Of a stretch of 64,000 nt of DNA, positions 1 through 8,663 are shown in pieces (the stretch's first letter is position 1; every line of letters begins with the position of its first letter). Both the position numbers and the translations under genes were made by a program. The notes beneath the pieces were generated by a model that had not been told where the DNA came from, did no database searches, and saw only the letters and a list, made by a program, of their open reading frames with translations. This DNA is from Mobula hypostoma. Its lineage: Eukaryota. The stretch lies in the NCBI RefSeq assembly GCF_963921235.1, contig NC_086107.1:96226001-96290000 (forward strand). The letters run 5' to 3'.

Positions 1-2943
1 GCCGACGGCAGGCTGGACAGTACCTCCAGACTCCTGAGGGAAATAGTAAAGACGGCCAAGCTGCGCGACGCCTTTGGCACCCCCACAGGTGGAGCACAGC
101 CGCAAGCCACCTGGACACGGTCGGACGGCTCAGCCCGCTCCCGGATCGACTTCCTCTTCCTGTCAGAGCCCCTCACGGTCAGGTCCACCGACGTCACGCC
201 GGTGTTCTTCTCTGACCACTGCCTTCTGAGAGCCACCTGTCGCTTACGGGAGGACCAGAAGGCAGGCAGGGGGACGTGGAAGCTGAATGTTAAGCTGCTG
301 ACCCCAGAGAACATCGAGGAACTAGAGAGGGAGTACACAGGTTGGAGAACCTTGAAAGCCTTCTTTGATTCCCCGGTTCACTGGTGGGAAGCCACCAAAG
401 AGAACATTAAGAGGTTCTTCATCCGCAAGGGTATCCAGAAGGCAAGGCAGGAGCAGAGGGAACTGCGTAAACTCCAGACAGAGTTGCAGCAACTTCTCCT
501 TCTGCAGTCGAAGGGGGTGGATGTCAGGGAGGAATTGCGAGAGGTGAAGGGCCGGCAAGCCCATAACCTCGCCGCCGAATCCTCCAAGATCATCTTCCGA
601 TCAAGGGTCCAAACCGTGGAGCAGGACGAGACGTGCTCACGCTTCTTCTTCCAAAAGGTGCACAGGGGGAGCTCTGTGATCCACAACCTTAAGGAAGAGG
701 ACGGCTCAGTCGCGTCCTCGCAGACCGACATACTGAGGATCTGCAAGTCCTTCTATGCCGGTCTGTACGACGAAAAGGCCACAGAATCCACAGCCTCCCG
801 CAACTTCCTGTCGTCTATCACGCAGGTCTTAGACGGCGGCAAGCGGGAGAGTCTGGATCAGCCACTGACCCTGGACGAGCTGACAGGCTCCATCCGTTCC
901 TTTGGGTCGGGTAAGACTCCCGGAAGCGACGGCTTACCGGCTGAGTTGTACTCGGCTCTGTGGAACTGGATAGGCCCAGACCTGCTGGAAGTGTACAATG
1001 CTATGCTTCTGGCCGGCAGGATGTCTGAGTCCATGAGGAAGGGCATCATCACCCTCATCTACAAGCAGAAGGGGGAAAGAGAGGACATTAGAAATTGGAG
1101 ACCCATCTCTCTCCTGAATGTGGACTACAAGATCCTGTCCAAGGCTATCGCCAACAGGGTCAAGTCTGCTCTGGGACAGGTGATCCACCCAGACCAAACC
1201 TGTGCTGTACCAGGCAGGAAGATCTCAGACAGCCTCGCGCTGCTGAGGGACACCATCGCCTACGTGCAGGACAGGAGGGTGGACGCCTGCCTGGTCAGCT
1301 TGGACCAGGAGAGAGCCTTCGACAGGATATCGCACACGTACATGGCGGACGTGCTCTCCAAAATGGGATTTGGGGAGGGAATCCGGAATTGGATCAGACT
1401 GCTCTACACAGACATCCGTAGTGCAGTCCAGGTCAACGGGTGGGAAACAGACAGCTTCCCCATCAGGTCTGGAGTCAGGCAGGGCTGTCCCCTCTCCCCT
1501 GTCTTGTTTGTCTGCTGCATAGAACCCTTTGCGGAAGCCATTAGGAGGGATGAGGGCATAAGAGGGGTGACGCTGCCAGGCAGTGGAGGGACCCAAGTGA
1601 AAACCTCCCTGTACATGGACGACGTCACCGTCTTCTGCTCTGATCCGAGGTCAGTTCGCAGGTTGATTGGCACCTGCGAACAGTTCGAGCTAGCGTCGGG
1701 GGCCAGGGTCAACCGCACGAAGAGCGAAGCCATGCTCTTCGGCAACTGGCCCGACCGATCCAGCGTCCCCTTCAACATCAGGTCTGACCACGTGAAGGTG
1801 TTGGGGATATGGTTCGGAGGGGCGGAGGCGTGCAACAAGAACTGGCAGGAGCGGACTGCCAAGGTGAAACAGAAACTGGGACTGTGGGGAGGGCGCTCCC
1901 TGTCGATAACGGGCAAGAACCTGGTCATCAGGTGTGAGGTGCTCTCAGGGCTGCTGTACTTGGCGCAGGTCTGGCCCGTCCCCCGCTCCTACAGCTCGGA
2001 AATCACCCGGGCTGTCTTCAGATTCGTCTGGGGATCCAAGATGGAGCGGGTGGGACGGACCGCCATGCACAAGTCCCTGGACAACGGGGGCAAGAACGTC
2101 CCCAATGTCGCCCTCACCCTGATGGCCAGCTTCGTATGTGGCTGCATCAGGTTGTGTGTAGAGCCCAGGTATGTGGGCACCAAGTACCGCTACGTGCCCA
2201 GGTTCTACTTGTCGCCCTGGCTACGAAGGATGGGTCTGGCCCCACTCCCGCGCAACGCCCCAGTCAGCTGGTCGTTGCCGGCATACCTGTCCTACGTAGC
2301 AAAGTTCTTCCAGGAGAACGCCTTTGACCACAGGGCCATCAGGCAGTGGTCGGCACGTAGTGTCCTGCAGGCACTGCAGGAGAAGGACGTGATGGACACA
2401 GTGGGGTGGTTCCCGGAGCAGACTGTCCAGTTCATCTGGCAAAATGCCTCATCGCCAGATCTAACCAACAGGCACCAAGACCTCGCCTGGCTGGCGGTGA
2501 GAGGGGCCCTCCCAGTCAGAGCCCTCCTGTACGCCCGGAACGTCGTCTCCGCACCCCATTGCCCACGGGAGGACTGCAGTGAGGAGGAGTCTGTGACCCA
2601 CCTCTTTGCACACTGCCAGTTCGCAAAGAGGGTGTGGAGGAGGATGGATGGGCTAGTGTCACGGTTTATCCCCAGCAGCTGCGTAACAGAGGACTCTCTG
2701 ATCTACGGGCTGTTCCCGGGGACACACACGGAGACCAACGTCCGGTGCTGCTGGCAGATCATCAACTCGGTGAAAGATGCTATTTGGTCGGCCCGTAACT
2801 TGATGATCTACCAGCACATGGAGATGTCCGTGGGAGAATGCTGCCGACTGGCACATTCTCGACTGCAGGAGTACGTGCTGAGGGACGCACTGAAACTTGG
2901 TGCAGCCACCGCAAGGGCCCGGTGGGGAAGGACCACAGTATAG
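1..2943 (+). CDS. K1 ORF2 (partial): APE endonuclease C-terminus, reverse transcriptase and C-terminal zinc finger
   Basis: Open frame from base 1. Motifs SRIDF, SDH, PGSDG, WRPISLLNVDYKI, QGCPLSP, YMDD, CPREDC..H..HC. The motif DQEKAFD reads DQERAFD in this copy. Confidence 0.9.
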   Translation, partial: ADGRLDSTSRLLREIVKTAKLRDAFGTPTGGAQPQATWTRSDGSARSRIDFLFLSEPLTVRSTDVTPVFFSDHCLLRATCRLREDQKAGRGTWKLNVKLLTPENIEELEREYTGWRTLKAFFDSPVHWWEATKENIKRFFIRKGIQKARQEQRELRKLQTELQQLLLLQSKGVDVREELREVKGRQAHNLAAESSKIIFRSRVQTVEQDETCSRFFFQKVHRGSSVIHNLKEEDGSVASSQTDILRICKSFYAGLYDEKATESTASRNFLSSITQVLDGGKRESLDQPLTLDELTGSIRSFGSGKTPGSDGLPAELYSALWNWIGPDLLEVYNAMLLAGRMSESMRKGIITLIYKQKGEREDIRNWRPISLLNVDYKILSKAIANRVKSALGQVIHPDQTCAVPGRKISDSLALLRDTIAYVQDRRVDACLVSLDQERAFDRISHTYMADVLSKMGFGEGIRNWIRLLYTDIRSAVQVNGWETDSFPIRSGVRQGCPLSPVLFVCCIEPFAEAIRRDEGIRGVTLPGSGGTQVKTSLYMDDVTVFCSDPRSVRRLIGTCEQFELASGARVNRTKSEAMLFGNWPDRSSVPFNIRSDHVKVLGIWFGGAEACNKNWQERTAKVKQKLGLWGGRSLSITGKNLVIRCEVLSGLLYLAQVWPVPRSYSSEITRAVFRFVWGSKMERVGRTAMHKSLDNGGKNVPNVALTLMASFVCGCIRLCVEPRYVGTKYRYVPRFYLSPWLRRMGLAPLPRNAPVSWSLPAYLSYVAKFFQENAFDHRAIRQWSARSVLQALQEKDVMDTVGWFPEQTVQFIWQNASSPDLTNRHQDLAWLAVRGALPVRALLYARNVVSAPHCPREDCSEEESVTHLFAHCQFAKRVWRRMDGLVSRFIPSSCVTEDSLIYGLFPGTHTETNVRCCWQIINSVKDAIWSARNLMIYQHMEMSVGECCRLAHSRLQEYVLRDALKLGAATARARWGRTTV

Positions 2944-3135
2944 GTTTCTCCACCCGTGGGAGTGGGAGGGGTCGGAGGGCGGGGAGTATACCCCTCAACA
3001 ATGAAATGATGTGGTATAAATACGGATATGTACTGTGTATAATGCAAACGTATGTAAAGGATGAAAAGTTATTGAATGGTTTATTGTATATATTTATTTT
3101 TGAATAAAGTATATTTTGAAATAAAAAAAAAAAAA
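1..3135 (+). mobile_element. Tx1-clade (Keno-type, U2-targeting) non-LTR retrotransposon, copy K1; its 5' part lies outside the window
   Basis: Near-identical to 5132-8262 (offset 5131). Carries the end of the APE endonuclease plus RT ORF2, AATAAA and poly(A) ending at 3135, followed by the U2 target remnant TCTGTTC (3136-3142). Confidence 0.93.
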
Positions 3136-3222
3136 TCTGTTCGCGCTGACGCAGGGGTGGATCCTAATGCTGATTGGCCTCCAATCTAACACCCCATACC
3201 AGCGACGACAGCAGTGAGGAAG

Positions 3223-4650
3223 ATGGCAGCAGCGAGCAGTGCATCGGCTCGAGGCCAAGGTATCAAGAACACTGTCAGGCTGACAGTGCGAGACCGGAAC
3301 GGGGGCACCGGCTTCACCCGAGAGACCTTCATCCGGAAGGTCTTGATGGAATGCTGCGGATTTACGCCTGACGACATCTACTGCGTCCAGGACTTTGCAG
3401 GTTTTTTCGACGTGACTTTCCGGCAGGCTGCAGGGTGGCAGAAGCTGTACCAGCAGCTTCAGCTGAAGGGGACAGAGGCGCCGCTGTCGCTGTTGAAAGC
3501 ACAGGCCCTCTTTGCCACGGCTACCCAGCAGGAACGGACAATCACGGTGCACATGTTCAACCCGCACGTGCCATTGGTCGATGTCCTTACATTCCTCGCT
3601 CGGTATGTGGAGAGCGTAGGAACACCAGCAGACGTGAAGGACGGACTGGGAATCTGGACCAGCAAACGGCAGGTCAAGGTGAAGCTGAGGTTGGACTCCA
3701 ACGGCGGCGTCATCCACCCCCCCTCCGTCTTCGCCATCGGAGGGAACCGAGGGTACACGGTGTACGCGGGGCAACCCAGGGTGTGCCGAAACTGCGGCAA
3801 GGCAGGGCACATCGCAGCCCAGTGCAGGGTGGTGATGTGCAAGAACTGCAAAACTGAAGGCCACCTGACCAAAGACTGCACGCAGGCCAAGTCCTGCAAC
3901 CTTTGTGGACAAGACGGCCACCTGTACAGAGCCTGCCCGAGGCGTGGGGGCACCTACGCACAGGCAACCAGGGGAGGTGCTGGTCCTGAAAGGGCCCAGG
4001 CAGTTTCGGACGCCCCTGCCAGCACTGCCGAAGAGGCACCCGACAGGGCGGACGATGAGACCAGGGAGGAAGGGGCAAGCACCCCGAGACCTGCCACCCC
4101 ACTGCAGACCCTCCAGGACCAAGCAAATGACGAGCAGGAGTCCATGGAGGAAGGGACAGCTGAGGTGGAAACGGAATGGAAGGTCGTGAAACGGAAAAAG
4201 ACCCAAAAGGCGGCGGCCAAGCGACAGAAGGCGGAGCAACGCAAGAAAAGGGCAGGGAACCACACAGCCTCTGGTACCCTGTCCTCTTCAGAGGAGGAGG
4301 GAGTTGGGGGAGGCCAGCAGCCCCAGCGGAAGAAGCGGCTGGCAGAACAGGTGGAGAGGAGGAGAGAGGAGGGGGAAAGTCTGCTGGCCACCCCCCAAGT
4401 ACAGGAGGCGGAGAGCAGCAGACACACCGAGCTCCGGGAATCCGGGAGCAGAGCCACGGTTGGCACCCAGCAGCCGGAAGGGGAAGCAGCCCAGGAAGCC
4501 AACAACCCCCCGGGCCCAGAACCAGAACGGCCACACACGGAGGAGTACTACCAGCAGTACCTGAGCCCACAGGAGGTGGAAAACTTCACAAAGGCGGTGG
4601 GAATGAAGGCTCAGGATGGCAAGGATGAGGACGGAGTGCAGCCAAAATAA
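3223..4650 (+). CDS. K2 ORF1: gag-like nucleic-acid-binding protein with three CCHC zinc knuckles and a charged low-complexity tail
   Basis: CRNCGKAGHIAAQC, CKNCKTEGHLTKDC, CNLCGQDGHLYRAC. ATG at 3223; the ORF track opens at GTG 3214. Confidence 0.88.
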   Translation: MAAASSASARGQGIKNTVRLTVRDRNGGTGFTRETFIRKVLMECCGFTPDDIYCVQDFAGFFDVTFRQAAGWQKLYQQLQLKGTEAPLSLLKAQALFATATQQERTITVHMFNPHVPLVDVLTFLARYVESVGTPADVKDGLGIWTSKRQVKVKLRLDSNGGVIHPPSVFAIGGNRGYTVYAGQPRVCRNCGKAGHIAAQCRVVMCKNCKTEGHLTKDCTQAKSCNLCGQDGHLYRACPRRGGTYAQATRGGAGPERAQAVSDAPASTAEEAPDRADDETREEGASTPRPATPLQTLQDQANDEQESMEEGTAEVETEWKVVKRKKTQKAAAKRQKAEQRKKRAGNHTASGTLSSSEEEGVGGGQQPQRKKRLAEQVERRREEGESLLATPQVQEAESSRHTELRESGSRATVGTQQPEGEAAQEANNPPGPEPERPHTEEYYQQYLSPQEVENFTKAVGMKAQDGKDEDGVQPK

Positions 4651-4660
4651 GAGACCTACA

Positions 4661-7600
4661 ATGATGGCAGACCTTAAATTGGCGTGCTTGAATGTGCGAA
4701 GTTTGAAGAGTACTGGGCGATGCGTCAGCACGCTCCAGTACCTGGACACTGTAAAGACCGACGTGACCTTCCTCCAGGAGTGCGGACTACCACATCTCCG
4801 TAACTACCGGAGGTGGTCACGGTGGTGGAAAAAAGGTTTGTCTGTGTGGTCGGGGGGCAACGATTGTCGCGCTTCCGGCCTGGGGATTCTGCTACGGGGA
4901 GGTAACTTCTCAATCACCCAAGTTAAAGAGGTGGTTGCGGGGCGCCTCCTGGTAGCAGACGTCAAATACCGGGGCACTCCGCTCCGGCTGATCAACGTGT
5001 ACGCCTCCCCCGTTCGGAGCGAGCGGCTGGCCGTCTTCGAGCAGCTCCCACAGCTGCTGGTGACGTCCCAGCCGGTCGTTCTGGCCGGAGACTTCAACTG
5101 CACCATTGATGCGGCTGGAGGACCCGGCAGCGCCGACGGCAGGCTGGACAGTACCTCCAGACTCCTGAGGGAAATAGTAAAGACGGCCAAGCTGCGCGAC
5201 GCCTTTGGCACCCCCACAGGTGGAGCACAGCCGCAAGCCACCTGGACACGGTCGGACGGCTCAGCCCGCTCCCGGATCGACTTCCTCTTCCTGTCAGAGC
5301 CCCTCACGGTCAGGTCCACCGACGTCACGCCGGTGTTCTTCTCTGACCACTGCCTTCTGAGAGCCACCTGTCGCTTACGGGAGGACCAGAAGGCAGGCAG
5401 GGGGACGTGGAAGCTGAATGTTAAGCTGCTGACCCCAGAGAACATCGAGGAACTAGAGAGGGAGTACACAGGTTGGAGAACCTTGAAAGCCTTCTTTGAT
5501 TCCCCGGTTCACTGGTGGGAAGCCACCAAAGAGAACATTAAGAGGTTCTTCATCCGCAAGGGTATCCAGAAGGCAAGGCAGGAGCAGAGGGAACTGCGTA
5601 AACTCCAGACAGAGTTGCAGCAACTTCTCCTTCTGCAGTCGAAGGGGGTGGATGTCAGGGAGGAATTGCGAGAGGTGAAGGGCCGGCAAGCCCATAACCT
5701 CGCCGCCGAATCCTCCAAGATCATCTTCCGATCAAGGGTCCAAACCATGGAGCAGGACGAGACGTGCTCACGCTTCTTCTTCCAAAAGGTGCACAGGGGG
5801 AGCTCTGTGATCCACAACCTTAAGGAAGAGGACGGCTCAGTCGCGTCCTCGCAGACCGACATACTGAGGATCTGCAAGTCCTTCTACGCCGGTCTGTACG
5901 ACGAAAAGGCCACAGAATCCACAGCCTCCCGCAACTTCCTGTCGTCTATCACGCAGGTCTTAGACGGCGGCAAGCGGGAGAGTCTGGATCAGCCACTGAC
6001 CCTGGACGAGCTGACAGGCTCCATCCGTTCCTTTGGGTCGGGTAAGACTCCCGGAAGCGACGGCTTACCGGCTGAGTTGTACTCGGCTCTGTGGAACTGG
6101 ATAGGCCCAGACCTGCTGGAAGTGTACAATGCTATGCTTCTGGCCGGCAGGATGTCTGAGTCCATGAGGAAGGGCATCATCACCCTCATCTACAAGCAGA
6201 AGGGGGAAAGAGAGGACATTAGAAATTGGAGACCCATCTCTCTCCTGAATGTGGACTACAAGATCCTGTCCAAGGCTATCGCCAACAGGGTCAAGTCTGC
6301 TCTGGGACAGGTGATCCACCCAGACCAAACCTGTGCTGTACCAGGCAGGAAGATCTCAGACAGCCTCGCGCTGCTGAGGGACACCATCGCCTACGTGCAG
6401 GACAGGAGGGTGGACGCCTGCCTGGTCAGCTTGGACCAGGAGAAAGCCTTCGACAGGATATCGCACACGTACATGGCGGACGTGCTCTCCAAAATGGGAT
6501 TTGGGGAGGGAATCCGGAATTGGATCAGACTGCTCTACACAGACATCCGTAGTGCAGTCCAGGTCAATGGGTGGGAAACAGACAGCTTCCCCATCAGGTC
6601 TGGAGTCAGGCAGGGCTGTCCCCTCTCCCCTGTCTTGTTTGTCTGCTGCATAGAACCCTTTGCGGAAGCCATTAGGAGGGATGAGGGCATAAGAGGGGTG
6701 ACGCTGCCAGGCAGTGGAGGGACCCAAGTGAAAACCTCCCTGTACATGGACGACGTCACCGTCTTCTGCTCTGATCCGAGGTCAGTTCGCAGGTTGATTG
6801 GCACCTGCGAACAGTTCGAGCTAGCGTCGGGGGCCAGGGTCAACCGCACGAAGAGCGAAGCCATGCTCTTCGGCAACTGGCCCGACCGATCCAGCGTCCC
6901 CTTCAACATCAGGTCTGACCACGTGAAGGTGTTGGGGATATGGTTCGGAGGGGCGGAGGCGTGCAACAAGAACTGGCAGGAGCGGACTGCCAAGGTGAAA
7001 CAGAAACTGGGACTGTGGGGAGGGCGCTCCCTGTCGATAACGGGCAAGAACCTGGTCATCAGGTGTGAGGTGCTCTCAGGGCTGCTGTACTTGGCGCAGG
7101 TCTGGCCCGTCCCCCGCTCCTACAGCTCGGAAATCACCCGGGCTGTCTTCAGATTCGTCTGGGGATCCAAGATGGAGCGGGTGGGACGGACCGCCATGCA
7201 CAAGCCCCTGGACAACGGGGGCAAGAACGTCCCCAATGTCGCCCTCACCCTGATGGCCAGCTTCGTATGTGGCTGCATCAGGTTGTGTGTAGAGCCCAGG
7301 TATGTGGGCACCAAGTACCGCTACGTGCCCAGGTTCTACTTGTCGCCCTGGCTACGAAGGATGGGTCTGGCCCCACTCCCGCGCAACGCCCCAGTCAGCT
7401 GGTCGTTGCCGGCATACCTGTCCTACGTAGCAAAGTTCTTCCAGGAGAACGCCTTTGACCACAGGGCCATCAGGCAGTGGTCGGCACGTAGTGTCCTGCA
7501 GGCACTGCAGGAGAAGGACGTGATGGACACAGTGGGGTGGTTCCCGGAGCAGACTGTCCAGTTCATCTGGCAAAATGCCTCATCGCCAGATCTAACCAAC

Positions 7601-8074
7601 AGGCACCAAGACCTCGCCTGGCTGGCGGTGAGAGGGGCCCTCCCAGTCAGAGCCCTCCTGTACGCCCGGAACGTCGTCTCCGCACCCCACTGCCCACGGG
7701 AGGACTGCAGTGAGGAGGAGTCTGTGACCCACCTCTTTGCACACTGCCAGTTCGCAAAGAGGGTGTGGAGGAGGATGGATGGGCTAGTGTCACGGTTTAT
7801 CCCCAGCAGCTGCGTAACAGAGGACTCTCTGATCTACGGGCTGTTCCCGGGGACACACACGGAGACCAACGTCCGGTGCTGCTGGCAGATCATCAACTCG
7901 GTGAAAGATGCTATTTGGTCGGCCCGTAACTTGATGATCTACCAGCACATGGAGATGTCCGTGGGAGAATGCTGCCGACTGGCACATTCTCGACTGCAGG
8001 AGTACGTGCTGAGGGACGCACTGAAACTTGGTGCAGCCACCGCAAGGGCCCGGTGGGGAAGGACCACAGTATAG
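4661..8074 (+). CDS. K2 ORF2: APE endonuclease, reverse transcriptase and CCHC finger
   Basis: LNVRSL, LQE, NVYAS, GDFN, SRIDF, SDH (APE); DQEKAFD, QGCPLSP, YMDD (RT). ATGATG lies 10 nt after the ORF1 stop; the frame is open from 4616. Confidence 0.93.
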   Translation: MMADLKLACLNVRSLKSTGRCVSTLQYLDTVKTDVTFLQECGLPHLRNYRRWSRWWKKGLSVWSGGNDCRASGLGILLRGGNFSITQVKEVVAGRLLVADVKYRGTPLRLINVYASPVRSERLAVFEQLPQLLVTSQPVVLAGDFNCTIDAAGGPGSADGRLDSTSRLLREIVKTAKLRDAFGTPTGGAQPQATWTRSDGSARSRIDFLFLSEPLTVRSTDVTPVFFSDHCLLRATCRLREDQKAGRGTWKLNVKLLTPENIEELEREYTGWRTLKAFFDSPVHWWEATKENIKRFFIRKGIQKARQEQRELRKLQTELQQLLLLQSKGVDVREELREVKGRQAHNLAAESSKIIFRSRVQTMEQDETCSRFFFQKVHRGSSVIHNLKEEDGSVASSQTDILRICKSFYAGLYDEKATESTASRNFLSSITQVLDGGKRESLDQPLTLDELTGSIRSFGSGKTPGSDGLPAELYSALWNWIGPDLLEVYNAMLLAGRMSESMRKGIITLIYKQKGEREDIRNWRPISLLNVDYKILSKAIANRVKSALGQVIHPDQTCAVPGRKISDSLALLRDTIAYVQDRRVDACLVSLDQEKAFDRISHTYMADVLSKMGFGEGIRNWIRLLYTDIRSAVQVNGWETDSFPIRSGVRQGCPLSPVLFVCCIEPFAEAIRRDEGIRGVTLPGSGGTQVKTSLYMDDVTVFCSDPRSVRRLIGTCEQFELASGARVNRTKSEAMLFGNWPDRSSVPFNIRSDHVKVLGIWFGGAEACNKNWQERTAKVKQKLGLWGGRSLSITGKNLVIRCEVLSGLLYLAQVWPVPRSYSSEITRAVFRFVWGSKMERVGRTAMHKPLDNGGKNVPNVALTLMASFVCGCIRLCVEPRYVGTKYRYVPRFYLSPWLRRMGLAPLPRNAPVSWSLPAYLSYVAKFFQENAFDHRAIRQWSARSVLQALQEKDVMDTVGWFPEQTVQFIWQNASSPDLTNRHQDLAWLAVRGALPVRALLYARNVVSAPHCPREDCSEEESVTHLFAHCQFAKRVWRRMDGLVSRFIPSSCVTEDSLIYGLFPGTHTETNVRCCWQIINSVKDAIWSARNLMIYQHMEMSVGECCRLAHSRLQEYVLRDALKLGAATARARWGRTTV

Positions 8075-8262
8075 GTTTCTCCACCCGTGGGAGTGGGAGG
8101 GGTCGGAGGGCGGGGAGTATACCCCTCAACAATGAAATGATGTGGTATAAATACGGATATGTACTGTGTATAATGCAAACGTATGTAAAGGATGAAAAGT
8201 TATTGAATGGTTTATTGTATATATTTATTTTTGAATAAAGTATATTTTGAAATAAAAAAAAA

Positions 8263-8411
8263 TCTGTTCTTATCAGTTTAATATCTGATACGTCCCTTAT
8301 CTGGGGACCATATATTAAATTGATTTTTGGAACAGGGAGATGGAATAGGGGCTTGCTCCGTCCACTCCACGCATCGACCCGGTATTGCAGTGCCTCTGGG
8401 AACGGTGCACT
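8263..8411 (+). ncRNA. RNU2: U2 snRNA gene, nt 39 to 3' end (interrupted by the Keno-type array; 5' end lies upstream of the window)
   Basis: TCTGTTCTTATCAGTTTAATATCTGATACGTCC...ATTTTTG (Sm site, 8323-8329)...GCTCCGTCCACTCCACGCATCGACC.GGTATTGCAG...GAACGGTGCAC matches vertebrate U2. Confidence 0.95.
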
Positions 8412-8424
8412 CCCCTTCTGGGGA

Positions 8425-8438
8425 ATTTCAAAGTAGCA
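8425..8438 (+). promoter_or_regulatory. Possible snRNA 3' box
   Basis: ATTTCAAAGTAGCA ~13 nt after the U2 end resembles GTTYN0-3AAARRYAGA. It is also present downstream of the second U2. Confidence 0.35.
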
Positions 8439-8550
8439 AAGAAAAGGAAAACGACGAAAGCTCCATCAGGCACAGCAGCACAGACAAGCATGCACGCACA
8501 TGGAGAGAGAGGAGAGCTAGCTTCTTGCTCTACACCTCTCCTGTGTCTGT

Positions 8551-8597
8551 GTCTGTCTGTCTGTCTGTCTGTCGATACAGCTCACTCACTCACTCAC
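8551..8597. repeat. (GTCT)n and (CTCA)n microsatellites
   Basis: Visible tandem tetranucleotides. Confidence 0.75.
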
Positions 8598-8630
8598 GCC
8601 ATGGGCAGACAACTCAACAACAGCACGAGC

Positions 8631-8663
8631 ATCATATCTGGGCCGTTTGGCCAAGATCAAGTG
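8631..8663 (+). pseudogene. Degenerate U2 snRNA 5' fragment (nt ~1-33)
   Basis: ATCATATCTGGGCCGTTTGGCCAAGATCAAGTG vs U2 ATCGCTTCTCGGCCTTTTGGCTAAGATCAAGTG: 27/33 identical by eye, ungapped. Confidence 0.55.

Larger units (their letters stand above)
3143..8262 (+). mobile_element. Keno-type Tx1 element copy K2, near full length with both ORFs intact
   Basis: Short 5'UTR, ORF1 and ORF2 with no stops, 3'UTR with AATAAA and poly(A) joined directly to U2 nt 39. Confidence 0.95.

Noticed and set aside
3094..4263. 389-aa antisense ORF over Keno ORF1 (427-aa equivalents at 28662, 33822, 38983 and 44144)
   Set aside because: It shadows a GC-rich coding frame, has no recognisable domain and runs across element junctions. 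Its recurrence is explained by copy identity, and it is broken in K7.
4661..8074. Assignment to Utopia or R2 (RLE-type) elements
   Set aside because: ORF2 has an N-terminal APE endonuclease and a separate ORF1, and no C-terminal PD-(D/E)xK domain is visible.
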